The notes under the pieces were generated by a model. The model saw only the letters and a list, made by a program, of their open reading frames with translations. It ran no database searches and was not told the DNA's origin. A DNA stretch of 59,806 bases, counting the filler, from Dirinaria sp. TL-2023a (Eukaryota): the NCBI GenBank assembly GCA_051941275.1. It is 2 parts of 2 records of this genome, joined end to end, with 100 filler letters (N's around TTAATTAATTAA, not from the genome) between each part and the next. Parts side by side here need not be neighbours in the genome. Positions count along the whole stretch, not along the records: positions 1 to 29,855 come from JAVEBF010000109.1; 1 more part is not named here. One strand, 5' to 3'. This document shows positions 1 to 13,598 of this stretch, piece after piece. The translations under genes were made by a program, and so were the position numbers. Numbering within the stretch: position 1 is the stretch's first letter; each line of letters starts with the position of its first letter.

Positions 1-486
1 GGGGGGGTGAAATGAGACAAGGAGGGCAAGGCAAAAAATAGCTAGGAGGAAAAATTGATTGGGACATCTTAACTTCCAGAGACCAGGCAGCTTTGTGAAT
101 GGGAGAAGAATCTGATTCAGGGATGTATTTATATAGAGAAAAGGTTTTGAGGATCCGCTATGTTTTGATATGACTACTTGAGTTTTCTAAACTAATAATG
201 ATAAGTACTCCTTGAATGAGGAATGAGATGGGGGAAGCCTGGTATGCTACACACACACACTCGTGGTTTCGTAGTGAAACCATTCGAGGGCATAGAGTTA
301 GAGAGGGATATGGATAGGGATGATAGAGGGCAGTAAGCCCCGCCCTCCCCCACCAAATACAACAGACTGATTCCTGCTCTCGTAGTAGGCACATGAAGAT
401 GGGTAAAAAAAAAAAAAATACGCCCAGGGTATACTTCTAGCAATGGTAAGGGAAGCGCTTGATTTGTGAACGGGCTTTAAGCTCCC

Positions 487-2794
487 TCAGCTGTAAGCTC
501 GATCGACCTCCTTCTGATACTTGCTCAGTATACCCTTGCGGTTGATCTTTTGCGCTGCGGTGACCAGGCCCTGCACAGAAGATTTAGCTAAGTGCGATCA
601 CACCTTGGATGAGTTGGTCGCTTCGACTTACATTGGCGGAGGTCCACTCCTCGTCGGCCATGACAACACCGCTGATGATCTCAATCCCGCTGAGACCACC
701 TTGCCTTCCGGCGTTTTGCAAATCTTTCAAGACGATTGTATTCAGTTTCTTGTTGTTCACAAAATCTTCGAGCCCGTGGCCTTCGATGTTGTTCTCGCTG
801 GCAAGCTTCTTGAGAGCCGGCTCTGCCGGGACAATGATCGCGATGGGTGTTTGCTTGTCGGTTGCGGCGTACACGCAGATGTTCGCCACGACGGTAGCGG
901 AGCGGTAGATGGACTCGAGCTATTGTCCAAGACAGTCAGAATCACCTCAATCTGGAAGTACTGGGTGGAGAAGAGAAGTGCCAACCTTTTCAAGAGCGAT
1001 ATATTCTCCGTTTAGTGTCTTGACAAGGTTCTTCTTGCGGTCAATTATTCTCAAATGGCCATTCTTATCGAATTCGCCAATGTCGCCAGTCTTGAACCAT
1101 CCTTCGTCAGCAAGTGCCTCCCGGGTCTCCTCGTCGTTCTTAAAGTAACCCTCCATTACACTGTCACCCCTAATCCAAATCTCGCCTTGCGGTGGCTTAT
1201 TTGTAGAGAAATAGCCAGCGTCGGGGAAATCTACAAGTTTCATTTCTATCGAGGAAGGAATGTCGCCAATCGCCGTGTCAGTCCAATGCATCGGATCCAT
1301 CAGCGCACCCATAGCTGTGGTCTCTGTAAGGCCATAACCTGAGACCATCGGCGTGATAGCCATCGATATAAAGCGCTGGGTGTCCTTGGCAATGGGCCCG
1401 CCACCGTTCATGCAGAGTCGCAACCTACCGCCAGTAGCGTCTTTTATCTTCTTGAAGACAACTGCGTCCAGTATGGCAGTACCTGGTAGACCGGTGGACA
1501 TGAGGAAACTCTTCGTAGAGAGCGCTCCCCAAAAGAGATTCTTCACCAATGGACTACCCTGGTTGACTTTGGCAATTATGCCCTTTTTCACCGATTCCCA
1601 GACTGCCGGTACACCGACAAGAATTGTGGGCTTGAATTCACGTATGTCACCTTTGCAATTACGAACTGACTGATCTGACAGCGTTCTTGGGCTACCGTAG
1701 CCCATGGTACCACCCCAGTATAAGCACGCATTCTCGAAAACGAATTCGAGAATGTGAGCGAGGGGTAAGTATGTAAGAAGAGCGTCCCCGGGACCGATGT
1801 ACTGGCCTATGATAGTCGTCACGCCAGCAACTAGGATATGGTCAGCGATTGTTCCTGAGGTGCATATAGCTGTGACATACTCGATGCAAGTACAGCCTTG
1901 TGTTTGATCGGTACCCCCTTTGGGGGGCCGGTTGAGCCAGATGTGTACATGATGCAGCACAAATCTTCGGGATTCGGCGGCACCGGGTCCACGGGGTTCT
2001 CTTCGCCCAGCTTTTGCAGCTCATCGAAGCTGACGACCGTGAGATATGGGAATTTAGATTTCAGTTGCTTAATGTCCTCTTGCTTGACCTCCGGATCAGT
2101 ATTGTAGATGACAAATTTGACCTCTTTGGCTTCTTCTAAAGGCTTCGTAAGCAAGTTTAATAAGTCTGGGTTGCAGTATATAGCTTTGGACTGTGTCTGA
2201 ATCAGTGAGTGTTTTAAACCTTCTGCGCCGAGGGTATCGTAGGCAGTCGCAATCGGCATGGACTGGGAGACTGCGCCGTGAGACATAGCAAGCCAGTGTG
2301 CGCTGTCGAGTTTTGTGTTAGCATCATAGTTTCTCGATGCTCAGGAAAGCTTACCTGGTCGCAGCGAACAGATGTAATCTATCGCCCTGCTGCAGACCAA
2401 GCTTCCGCAGCCCACAGCCAACAGCAAGCACCATCTTCTCATACTCCACGAAGCTGATATAGCTGTACTCGCTTAATTCGAAATATGTCCATTTCTTGTC
2501 GACTTCCTTCGTTTCTCCATCCACTACCTTTTTGACCTTTTTGTTCTCCGTATGCGTTTTGACCAAGCGCCTTGTGCCGAGAGCTTTGGCGTTTCCGAAT
2601 CTGTCCGCGCTGCGCTTGAGGATGTCAAAAATGGTTTTGACGTCTTCTGAGGGAGTCGTGATGAGCTTGTCTTTGGCAGTTGGATGTCTTCTCGGTATCG
2701 TCTCGCCATCCTTCTTCTGGTAGCCTGGAGCTTCGATAGTGAACGGTCCGCTTTGTTGGATCTTAGGATATAGAGCTTGAGATTTCTTCGACAT
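487..2794 (-). CDS. FAA1: Long-chain fatty acyl-CoA synthetase (Faa1/Faa4/FaaA family); exons 2794-2355, 2302-1881, 1830-986, 919-632, 570-487
   Basis: AMP-binding motif IMYTSGSTGPPKGV, plus YLPLAHILE, GYGLTET, GWFKTGDIG, IIDRKKNLVK and C-terminal GLVTAAQKINR. Four GT-AG introns join the ORF-track pieces in frame. Confidence 0.95.
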
Positions 2795-2978
2795 CGTGGC
2801 TTGGAGTGGTATCTTCGGTAAATGACCGGTAGGTTCAGGGAAGCTAATGTAAGGTAGTCAGGGCAGCGAAGAGGAATAGGGATAAGTTCGAAATGAGGGA
2901 AAGGGTTGAGATAAGATCGAAGATCAAAGATCACGTCTTTCTGTTCTTGAAAATGATATCACTGGTGATGAGAGGAGA

Positions 2979-3027
2979 GCTGCTGGAGCTGCTGGTGCTG
3001 CTGGTGCTGCTGGTGCTGCTGATGCTG
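2979..3027. repeat. 9-bp tandem microsatellite (GCTGCTGGT)~5
   Basis: gctgctggagctgctggtgctgctggtgctgctggtgctgctgatgctg upstream of the FAA1 start codon. Confidence 0.85.
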
Positions 3028-3384
3028 AGAACGCGCAGCCTGATCGAATGAGGAAACATGATGATTAGGCGCCAAAGTGAAGTCATACGACGCACGCACG
3101 AGGGGCAGTCTTGGCACCGTCCAATATCTTCAACTACCTACATGATCTTCAACTATCTTCATCCCTCGATCTCCACATCAGGCATTTTTCTCACCTGTTT
3201 TTCTAACTGGAATTGCAACTTCATCTGAGCAATCACGCATGTTCTTACTCCTCAGCTGAATCTCCGATCTTGTTGTTCTTACTTTGGAACTTCAATTGAA
3301 TCTCGCTTTAGCTGCTCTGTAGCTCAATAAACCCCGCCGTAATCGGCAACTTCGGTCCGCCTGACGAAGCCAAGTAGAGGGTGA

Positions 3385-4179
3385 ATGTTATTACCAAAAG
3401 AGCTTATGATGCACATGGACCCGCAAGCACAAGCAGGTGCTTGCCAATGCCCTGCGAAGAGCCCTACGTTCGATGACGATATTGGACTGTTCACGCGCGT
3501 CTTTGCTCTTCAATTAATACTCGCTTTTCCCACGAGCATTGTGGTGTTTTTCCTGTTGAAAAGCGTTCGAGCTGTCCTAGACCCGCTTCTTCTCTATGCA
3601 TCTCCCGAACCAGTACGCTCCAAGGTTATGTTGCAGTCACGGGAAGAGGCCGAGAAAGCAGCAAGGCTATGGTCGAACGAACTATGCATCGCCTACGGTT
3701 TAATCAACATTGCGTGGGCTTTATGGTATCCGAACCCCGGTTATTTCAAACCCCTTCTGGTCATACTCGGGATGATGCTCTTGGTCAATCTTGCATCGTT
3801 CTCCGCGGCGCTCGCCACTATTTTGTTTCGTCGCCTCTCAAGCGCCTACGGATCCACGCCGGCTACACCGACGAAGGACGGTCCTCAACTTCCACAGTCC
3901 GGGGATAACCTCCGGCATGCGGAGAAGGAGACAGCAGCAGCATCGCCGCCGCCACCGGACACCATCTCCCCTTGCGCAACGTCAACACAGCTAGAGCAGG
4001 ATATGGACGCTGCCCGTACCATTGAAGTCGAATTTCCGGAGCCCCATAATGCACCTAATGCTGGCAATGGCAATCGTGCACTTCAGGATTATCATTTTCA
4101 GCTGGCGTTACTGGAGGAGCAGAACAAGAAACGCCTGCTGATGGCAAAACAGGTACAAGACGAGATGATTGCGCAATGA
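3385..4179 (+). CDS. Hypothetical membrane protein (2-3 hydrophobic helices) with a C-terminal Som1/Flo8-like motif
   Basis: 264-aa open frame with hydrophobic segments (LFTRVFALQLILAFPTSIVVFFLL; LLVILGMMLLVNLASFSAALATILF) and C-terminal ALQDYHFQLALLEEQNKKRLLMAKQVQD. Confidence 0.7.
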   Translation: MLLPKELMMHMDPQAQAGACQCPAKSPTFDDDIGLFTRVFALQLILAFPTSIVVFFLLKSVRAVLDPLLLYASPEPVRSKVMLQSREEAEKAARLWSNELCIAYGLINIAWALWYPNPGYFKPLLVILGMMLLVNLASFSAALATILFRRLSSAYGSTPATPTKDGPQLPQSGDNLRHAEKETAAASPPPPDTISPCATSTQLEQDMDAARTIEVEFPEPHNAPNAGNGNRALQDYHFQLALLEEQNKKRLLMAKQVQDEMIAQ

Positions 4180-5796
4180 GAAGGGTTTCGGCGCAATGGT
4201 GTGCCAACAACGAAACAAGACGCCCTCGGTCCTGCGTCCGTTTCTGTAGCCAGTCCCTTCCAGCACCTCTCCCACCATCACCCGAGAGATTGCGCGCTGC
4301 GAATTACAAGGAGAATCCAAAAAGCACCTAGCGGACGCACGAACGAAAAACCGATATACGTCTCAAGGTCTGAGTAACGACACTCTGTTGTAGCAGCGTT
4401 AGCCCAAGACCGCTAGACAGCATCACGATTTTACGAATCTCATACTCCCAGTTTTACCCCCCTTCCTTTTCAATCTTCAAAGCCAGTCAAATTCGACGCA
4501 GCACACATGACCGCGCTGATGAAATCATATCCCTCTCTATTAGAAAAGAGCCAGATGGGTATAGCGAGGTCCTCCAACGATATTAATGTAAGAACCCAAC
4601 ATGTCGCCATATTCATGATTCCTATTCTGTATTCATCAGCCAAAAAAAACCCCCCAGCAAAAGGAACAGAAAAAAGGCAGGCAATCAAATAGAAGAGGGA
4701 AGGAGCGGGCTAGGTCTCGCGCATTGAATTCCTCGTAGATGGTCTTCGGTTCCGCGAAAGGCACCGGGTGGGGAAAGCATGAGCAAGTGAATCCATGAAA
4801 AGTAACGAACGTATGTATCTACTTATGTAGTCTCAAGCACGCAAATTCATTGTGTAGACCGTTCCGGTATTCGAAAATCAAGGTACTCGCGTCGCTTCAA
4901 CATTTTTTTCATGACACACTAATATGCTTCTCGAATCCCGACCCTCATCAAGCGCCTGCAGACTAACGTATCCACCCTAACTTGACCTTACACCTCCGAC
5001 GAACACCTTTTTCCACTCCCTTCTTGAGAAGAAAGATTTGCAGATTTTATAAAAAAAACCGACTACCACCTTGATCCTTTAAGCCGCCTATCACTCCTCC
5101 TCGTAGAAAGAGAAGAGAAATACTGGTGAAAAACTTAAGGGGCTTTTGAGGACGCTTGGAATCATCCAGCTACGCCGCGGCCTTAAAGAAGCAAGGGTTA
5201 AGAAAGAATTTTTTTTCTTCTTTTTTTCAAAGTCCATCGATAGATAGATCCTTGTATCTCATCTCTGCGGCTCCAGCTACGGCTGGTACTTAGGATATGG
5301 GGTGGCTGGATGCCAGGCTCGAGAAGTCTCGTAAGAGGTTTCTCGTCACGCGACGCGTTTTTTTGGCGTTAGTGCGATAGGCTTCCTATATTTCCTGAGC
5401 TTTTTTTCTTGAAAACGAGACTAAGTCCAGGCCGGACGGCGGGCGTTGTTGGTGTCAGAAGTAGATTTTACTTGTGATCGTTGAAGGTAGGTTACCATAC
5501 CGTAGGGACTTTTCGTTGGATTAAGGTATGCTCTTAAAGAGTTGATGGCTTTCATAACGGAGTCGGAGTCGGTCATGAGGCTTCCCAGGTCACCGGTCAA
5601 GGGCAGTGTATGCAGGCTTTGACTCGTGGCGTACTGGGATTGATAAACCTGCTCCGGTCGTAGAATAGGTGACCGGAAGTAATAAAGATAGACCGTCCGA
5701 GCCTAGTTATACGGGGTATCTTCTAACTTGGTTATTTTGGTTGGCAAGGTGTATATATCTTCCCTGTGTCATTGTAGAGCGTTAGTCCACTAATTG

Positions 5797-6762
5797 TTAC
5801 CAATCAACTGCCCAGCCGTTTTCCTCGAGGAAGTTCTCACAAGCCTCTTTCAAAGCGAGATTAGGCCTCAGGTCTTGAATTTGCAGGGGCTCTCTTGTCA
5901 ACGGGTCGGTTTTGGATCGCCGTAAGTGATCGAGGACAGTGGAGCGATCGTACGAATGCCCGTTCTTGGTTATGACTGGGTCATGCATGACCGTAAAAGA
6001 TATGTTATCGATCAAATAGTCTGGCACCTCCTGATTGCGCCGGTCAGTAGATACGAAATTTGATACTCATAAATAAGGTGCTGTACCCTCTTCTGCATGT
6101 TCTCGGGGTCTGCAATAGCGAAGACGCTGCGCAGTTCATCCAGCTTATGGCGCGTCGAAGCCTCGAGCTCGTCCTCCTCTTCCCGCGCATCGCTCTCGGA
6201 AAGCTCGCCGTTTTCCTTCCGAGCATTGATATTCTTCCTCTCGTAAAGCGCAACCTGCTGCAAGCCATCTTCAAGCTCTCGCAACAAATCGCTCCGCCTG
6301 CGTATGCGAGCACGCTCTTTCGCTTCCCATTTCTCCTTTTTTGCTTGCAGAACTAGCGCGGAGACGCTGGCGGTGCTTGAGCTTCCAGTCTTGATGCACT
6401 GGTGGTAGGCGGTCACGGCGGAGTTCATGGCTTCGTTGGGATGGTGCAACGCCAATTGCGCTTGAGCGAGGTAGTAATAACCCTTCATGTTATCGCTGTC
6501 TAGTTCAATGGCTTTGATACAGTCATCAATGCAAGCGTCCCAAGATTGAAGCTTGAGCCGGGTCATGGCTCTGTTGGTAAAGAACTTGGCTTCAGTTGGG
6601 TCTTTGGAGATAGCTTTGGAATATAGCAATTCCGCTTCCTTGTAGTCGCCATCTTGAAAATGTCTAAGATGGTTGTCAGCAATTCGTTGACAGTGGTGAG
6701 TAAAGGACTCACTTGTTACCTTCCTCCTTGAGCAGATTAGCTTTAGCTTTACTGGCATTCAT
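5797..6762 (-). CDS. TPR + U-box E3 ubiquitin ligase (CHIP/STUB1-like); exons 6762-6713, 6663-6087, 6030-5797
   Basis: TPR segments (LKEEGNKHFQDGDY..A..LYSKAI, FFTNRA, KGYYYLAQA) and U-box VPDYLIDNISFTVMHDPVITKNGHSYDRS...DPLTREPL...LRPNLALKEA; canonical introns. Confidence 0.93.
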
Positions 6763-7606
6763 AGTGAAGATGTGACGGTCTATTGTCAGTCAGGCATACG
6801 ATGTAAGCTTTTCAAGATAGTGAAGCGCCTGAAGGTTGCAGAACCCATGGCTTATTTGTGGTGAATGGAATATATGTACCTTACCTTACGGTCTTTGTCA
6901 GCAGTACGGCAAGATAGACCTTTTGTCGGTATCGGGGACATCGGTTTCGGAGAAAATATTCTCCGAGATATTTGACCGGGCAGGCCGTGGTAGGAGTGGC
7001 GGCTCCTTTGACCTAATTGAGATGCCTTAATCCCCTTGATCAAGAATTGAAACTTATGATCGACGCTGCCTGAAGTCTGACCCCTCCGCTGGCATGACCA
7101 CCTTTAGTGCCTTCACCATCAAGCTCGGCTGCGTATCTCGCAACATCCTCAACGCTAACCTGCCCCTGAGGCTCTTATAGAGAGGTTTGTAACTTTAGAC
7201 ATCCTGATACAGCCCAGTGAGCCTTTTCAAGGTATGTTGAAGGTGAAAGAACAATTAAATGGTCAGCAACTATTGAGAATTGTGAAGTATGAGAATATAT
7301 GAGACAGAGAACGCGTGAATAGACATGCACAGATTAAGCTTGAGGCGGTTGGTATGATCAAGTAAAGCCAAAAGACACACATGAAAGGCTCGCAAGGAGG
7401 CTGAAACCCAAAAGAAGATGAGAATCAACCAAATAGCAGTAGACACATCAAATAGAAAGATAGAGCGCGTATCAAAGCTATCAATCCTTAATTGATATCT
7501 GAGTAGAGCGCCCTGACGGAGCTAGCGGCAAGTCCGATCTGTTCGACAATGTTCCAGTAAGCACGCCCAATGCTTGTGCGTATCGCAAAATATGATTATA
7601 TATCGA

Positions 7607-9752
7607 TCATCGTCTATTAGTCTTACCAACACCACGCTTACCAGAGAACTGTAATATCATCAGTAGATATCCGAGACAAGAAATTCTGAATTTAAAGACT
7701 CACCAAATGCTTTGGAAGTGCCGCTGTGGTATGCCGATCGGCCTCACCTTGTCTTGCCATCCTGTTCATCTTCTTCTGGCTCAGCTTCGCCAGTCTCTCG
7801 GCTTTACTTCGTGCTGTGACGTCGGTCACGCCATCTTCTCTCCTATTGCTCTGGCTCCTTGCTCTACTCTTGGCTCTTAAGATGCCCCCTTTCATCGGTT
7901 GGTCCAAGTCCATCAAGTCCTCAGCCGCGGTCCTGCTACGCATTATATTTCGCCCGCGCGACTGCGGGCGAGCACGAGCCGAAATAGCGGTTGTGTCAAA
8001 GCCCAGGCTATCAAGATGACTCTCCATTTCCGATAATTTCTTTGCCTTAGCTGTTCGAGGTATGACAGCTCGATTTTTGAGCGACTTCCTCATCTTGGCT
8101 TCATTCATGATCAGAACTCGTTTCTCTCGGATCAAGTCGGCCTTTATGCGGATATCAGCTTCTTCTGCATCTTCTAAGCTTTCATCGGAATCATAGAAGC
8201 CGTCCGCTTCAAGCTTCTCTTCCTCTGCTTCGAGTGCAGCGAGCTTGGACTCGATGTCCGGATCTACGAAATCGTAGACATTCTTGCCATTCAACATTTC
8301 AGGTACGCGATCATGTTTCCAATCTTCATCATCGAGAATATAATCTTGCTTCAGGTCGACATTGTAGACTCCTGCACCACCATTTTCTTCTTCGATGTCT
8401 CGCGCTAGGCGACGGCGGCTAGGATCGGTTCTCTTAGCTTTTTGAAGCTCTTTGATGGCTTCAGGGATATGTGGTTCATGGACAATGCCACCCAAGGGCT
8501 GAGCGACATGGATCCGGGCGAGAACATCGCCTAGGCGACCGCCAATAGTGCCACTGCTATTGGAACCAGATTTGAACTTTTGGGCGACACGGTCTTGGAT
8601 TAGACGCTCGCAAGCTGCATTCTTCACTTCTGTAACGCCCTCAGTAGTTGTACACGACAATTGCAACATTTCCACCCCTCCAGACTTCAGAATTGAATCT
8701 AGCTTCTCTTTGGTTTCGCTGTCGAGATCCTCTGGCCGCATGATATCGATTTTGTTGAAAACTATAAAGACGAGCTTGTTGGCGAATAGGGGCTTAATGC
8801 TCTGAAAGAGTTGGATTTGGGCTTGAACGGAGTACCCACAATGCTCTGATAGATCCATAAAGTAAAGGACAGCGGAGCGGAGATGGGCGATAGCGGTAAT
8901 AGATTGCATCTCTATGGTGTTCATCTCTTCTAATGGATGATCGAGTATACCAGGAGTGTCTATAGCTTGAAAGCGCAGGTACTTGTAGTCGAAATGTCCC
9001 ACAAACAAGCTCTTCGTAGTAAAGGCATACGGCTGGACATCCACATCTGCTCTTGTGACACTCCTGAGAAAGCTCGACTTGCCTACGTTAGGATATCCGC
9101 AGATGAGGAGGGTCCGTGTGTTGGGATCGATTGAAGGAAGCCGACCCAAGTGCTGTCGGACTTGCTCCAAGTAGACGAGAGGATCTTTGAGTCGCCGGCA
9201 AATGGTCGCCATGCGTCCCAAGGCAGCGCGCTTGAGCTGTTTGCACTGGAAAAGTGATTGGGCATATTTGAGTAGGCGGACATAGTCTCTTGAGACAGTT
9301 TCAATGAGGTGCTTCGCCGTCGAGAGCTGTCCGAGTGCGATGCGGAAGTGGTCTGCATCGTACAGAGTATTCAGGAGATCTTTGTCTGTATGAGAAGTGC
9401 AATTAGTAAACGATCTTTCATCGGAACCCGCGCGAAACGGCAAGACGAATGTCTGGGAGAGATTACTTACGGAATGGATGAATGTCTTGCAAGCGCGGGA
9501 AACCCTCAAGGATGGCGGAGAGCTTTTCAGTGAAAGTTTCCTGAGTGTATTTCACTTTTCGAGTATAGAAGGCTTTCGCAAGTCAGCGAGCATATTCTTC
9601 AACTCTTCATCATGGTTGCTACCTCTTATTCTACTGATCTTGAATCCCGATCGAATCTGGGTGGGGAGGCGACGCTGGGTCCGGCTCAGCACGACATCCA
9701 GGAACTCCTGGCTTGTAGGGACCGGAGCGATCTCTTTCCAAGTGGTCTTCAT
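7607..9752 (-). CDS. NOG1: Nucleolar GTP-binding protein Nog1; exons 9752-9623, 9572-9471, 9385-7704, 7648-7607
   Basis: N-terminal [19 protein letters not shown]1 [24 protein letters not shown]-terminal [17 protein letters not shown]. Confidence 0.97.
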
Positions 9753-9855
9753 GCTTGAACTCTGAACGGGGAATTTCGCTGGTGTAAATTGCGCCAGCGC
9801 TTTAAAGCACAACCTGCACCTTCGGTAAGGTATTTTAGTTGCGGTCTCGTACCCT

Positions 9856-9864
9856 AAAATTTTT
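9856..9864 (-). promoter_or_regulatory. RRPE-like element (AAAAATTTT) upstream of NOG1
   Basis: Reverse complement of aaaattttt, ~105 nt upstream of the NOG1 ATG; RRPE is typical of fungal ribosome-biogenesis promoters. Short motif that could be chance. Confidence 0.4.
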
Positions 9865-10040
9865 GTGGGGCTCGCGAAAAGCTGCCTTCCACGGAATTAT
9901 CTAAAGCTAAGGTACCTACCTACCTGAGGTACGAGTACCTTACGAATCTCTCCAGCTCCCGAAGCAATCATTGAATTGATCAAAACTAATCCCAATATGA
10001 TACCGCAATAATTCTCCTTCGAGCCACTTGAACGGCTACA

Positions 10041-10719
10041 ATGTCCATACACTCCCTCCCCACCCTTGGCCGCATCTCGCGTGAGCGTCTCTCCTCCCTT
10101 ATCCTCTCCCCCACCACCGCTCCCAGCGTGGCTATAATCGATGTCCGGGACAGCGACCACGTCGGCGGTCATATCTACAGCTCGACTCATGTCCCGTCTT
10201 CCTCTCTCGATTATCGGACGCCCGAGCTCGTGCGCAAATTGGCGGACAAGCAGATCGTAGTCTTCCATTGCGCATTGAGCCAGCAAAGGGGGCCAAGTGC
10301 GGCGCTGCGGTACTTGAGAGAAAGGGAGAGTAAAGGCTTAGCTACAAACGATATGAGCGCGGCCAGTCCAGCAGGGGACGACGAGGGAGGGAAGGTCGAG
10401 GGAGCGAGAGAGGATATTGTCAAGAATGTTGGGGCCGAAGGAGATGAGCAAGGGGACCGGGAGACTGCAATTTTAAAGGATGCATTTCCTCGCCTGGGAC
10501 CGAGACACAGGGAAACCCAGGAGGTTTATGTCTTAGACGGTGGCTTTGTGAAATGGCAAGAGATGTAAGTTTCATTCATTCACACTTTTATGCTCCCCAT
10601 CCTTCGCATCGCCGCCGAATGCTTGACATCCTCGAAATGCTAAAATTTACGTACCTAGTTATGGTCATGATAAACGGCTGACGGAGGGTTACGCACCCGA
10701 TATATGGATAGACTACTAG
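10041..10719 (+). CDS. Cdc25-like rhodanese-fold phosphatase/arsenate reductase (Ych1/Ibp1 family); exons 10041-10564, 10659-10719
   Basis: IIDVRDSDHVGGHI, catalytic loop FHCALSQQRGP, VYVLDGGFVKWQE, and spliced tail YGHDKRLTEGYAPDIW. Confidence 0.92.
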
Positions 10720-13598
10720 ACCACCTTACTAGACGGGATCAGCATTCCGAATTAGGGAACTAAGCTCAGGATGAAAGTCAATTCAGAATCCTACGTGAGG
10801 TTGGCCTGACGAGTGCAAACATCCTCTATACACTCTTGGCAAGGGAAATCCCATATTACTTACTGAAATAACCTTATTATCAGCTGATAGACGACATTTG
10901 AATTTTGCTTGCCAATCTGCATTCATATTCACATCATCTCTGGAATTACTACGACAACACCGTGCCCAGAGGGCAGGGAACCGGCAAGACTTACAGCCAC
11001 CATGTCTGTACAAGCGCAGCGTACCCCAGAAGCAACCGCTCAAACACCTTGCACAAAAGAAACAGCAATCCTTGCAGATTATATGCAACTTGTCTCGATT
11101 TGACAACAGACCTTCAGGCTGAAGCATGAGCCATGACCCCATTATCACAGACTGTAAATTCAAATTTGGAGACGAGATTCGCAGATGATAATCTTGTCAC
11201 ACTTCTAAGTGAGACACGTATTCGGGAGGCTCGCCCTGACCGCCAGTTCACCAGGTTGTGAGCGAACAGATTTCTGCGCTAGGAAGTACATCATTCCCGG
11301 AGATCGAATTGCGTAGATATGACTGCTGCTATTACTGTGCACTGCATCGATAGTCTTGCATTATCTCATCGTTGCTGCCACACGACGTTTTGGTCGGGTG
11401 CAACGTGCAACGTGCAACGATGGGCTTCGCCACTTGCTTTTCTCCCCAAAGCTGTCTGCCGTTGGGCATCGCCGATCCCTAACATCTTTGCGTATGACCA
11501 CGCAGCTTTGTATCGGCCGTGGGTTGAGTGTCTCGATAACAACATTCCATGAGCTGGAGATCGGAGAGCTGTAGCCTGGTAGGATATGATTCTTTTTTCG
11601 ACCGGAGAATATCTTGAACGATTCATGAGTAGAGACCCGGATCGAGACCGCTATAGAAGGATTAGATCGACGTCTCGGGTAAGGGATCCGGGATGGCATT
11701 TAAACTTCAACCTCATGGCGTAGGGCGGTCGAGAGAGCGGTTCGGTGTGGATGACCGGTGCGCCACGCAGGAATGGGTTCCGGGTCTCTGGAAACGGCTA
11801 TGATGTCCTCAGCAAAAATCAATCTCATCCAACAACGTGGTGGCGAGCTGGATACTCAGGCTGCTCACCGGGTTCAATGTAGCCATCCACCTGTAACCCT
11901 GAACGCCACAATATGCCCTTGACAGAAGCGAGACGCACCCCCCCTTCGCAAGCTTTGCTCATTGGAGCAGCTCCACCGACGTTACACGAACTGCGCCTTG
12001 GATCGACAGGGGAAGAAGCGTTGAGATCCGTCTTGACTCCCATTGCGCTGGGGATCTGGTAGGTGCCCTTGGAGAGACCATGAAGATCATAAGGTAGACG
12101 TCCACTCAAGCCCAAGACTCCCGGACAGCTCGGGCAGCGTTTGCACACGTCCCTTCTCCGCGCTGCTCGCTGCTGCTGAAGGCGAAAGTCGGCGGCCATG
12201 CGAAAGTCTGCAATTGAGAATTAGGCGGCTTCGCAAAGCCGCAATTTATAGGATGAGCCTTCCTTGATGACACGCTTCGAGGGGCCAGCATACTGGCGGT
12301 TAGAGAAAGTAACAAGTCAGACCTCGCGAGCTTGTCCTGACTGTGGTCGAGGATTAGAATAGTTGGAGACGGTTACACTACCGAGGACAAGCGAAAGATC
12401 AAGCTCAAGTCCTTACAGCCGCTGTTTGAACAACTCCACGGAACATTTGGAATATGAATCAGCGGCTAAGTACCTACTCCGGCAGATGAGCTTACCGAAG
12501 CAGCGTGAAACGGCTTCGGAAAACTCGGTCCAAGGATCAAGTAATGAAGGACCAGTCAGGATGTGAATTACCAGAGCCATGTCGTCGGGTAGTGAGGCTT
12601 GGGACTAAAATACCTGTCACGAAAACGAGACAAAAAGCATCAGTGATCGACAGAGTGCGTTAGAGGTAACCCCTTAATGCCTAATTATTCTTCTGGCAAC
12701 CAGTACTAGCTTGTACTTAGTTGCGTTCAGGGAGGGTGTGAAGATGACAAAGGCGTTCCAGAAGAACCATATCAAGCCTAGACCCTGGGTGTGCTCGGCC
12801 TAAGGTTGAGCACTCTTCGCTGTTAGGACACCAGTCACAGGGTCACGGCGCAAGGAAACCGTCCCCCAACTTACTACTGCAACGGCAGCGCTAGAATGAT
12901 GGAGCCAGCTGGGAATAAAGGCCATGTGGCAGCACTTTACCCTGATTGGAACACTACATCGAGGCGTATTCCATTCTTGCCGATTCGATGACCAATTCCT
13001 ACTCGGGTTCCCATGCGGTATCTGGGGCGGAGTAAGCCTACCGTCCGCGTCTGAAGCTGATAGATACGAACGGAAAAGGGAAAAGGTATTTCGACTTTCC
13101 TTGCCGGGTGTATGGGAAAGTGCCCGGTGACTGATATGGAGCGCCCCAAAGCCTCATGGTTCATTCTGCAGCCCTAGCTCTGCACGAGCAAGCGTCGTAT
13201 AGGTGGCTGCACAGTTAGATACCAACGTCGATCCAGCGATTGCATCTGAACAGACACCGTCCCAGCTATTGGGCACACGTGGCGGCGGCGCGATACTAGG
13301 AATCTCAAATTGTCCGTTATCCGATCAGCATCCTCCAGAGGCTTTTGAAGTCTCTATCCTCGATTGCAGAAAGGGGATCGCATAATGGACCTTGTATACC
13401 CGTTGTAGCTAGCCTGTTGCTCGGCCATCGAGTTCCATCAATGTAGTGAACGATATATAAGACCCTTACCCAAGCTCAGCAACACTGATAAAGCCTGCGT
13501 TCAGCTCTATTGTTAAGTCGATCTGATCCGCAACCTAACGTTCTCATTTACCGAGAAGCGAGCTTAGCCTGAGACCAGAGCATATCAAGCTATCAGCA

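Noticed and set aside
4830..4910. CACGCAAATTC...CGTTCC followed by a T-run, reminiscent of a U6 snRNA 3' end
   Set aside because: ACAGAGA box and the rest of the U6 core are absent.
5581..5679. Nested inverted repeats and a CGGAGCAGG string suggesting SRP RNA or another ncRNA
   Set aside because: No CAGG-GNRA helix-8 context or Alu-domain start; short stems could be chance.
10783..13400. Numerous 60-126 aa ORFs between the rhodanese and methyltransferase genes
   Set aside because: No motifs or coherent exon chain; treated as intergenic.
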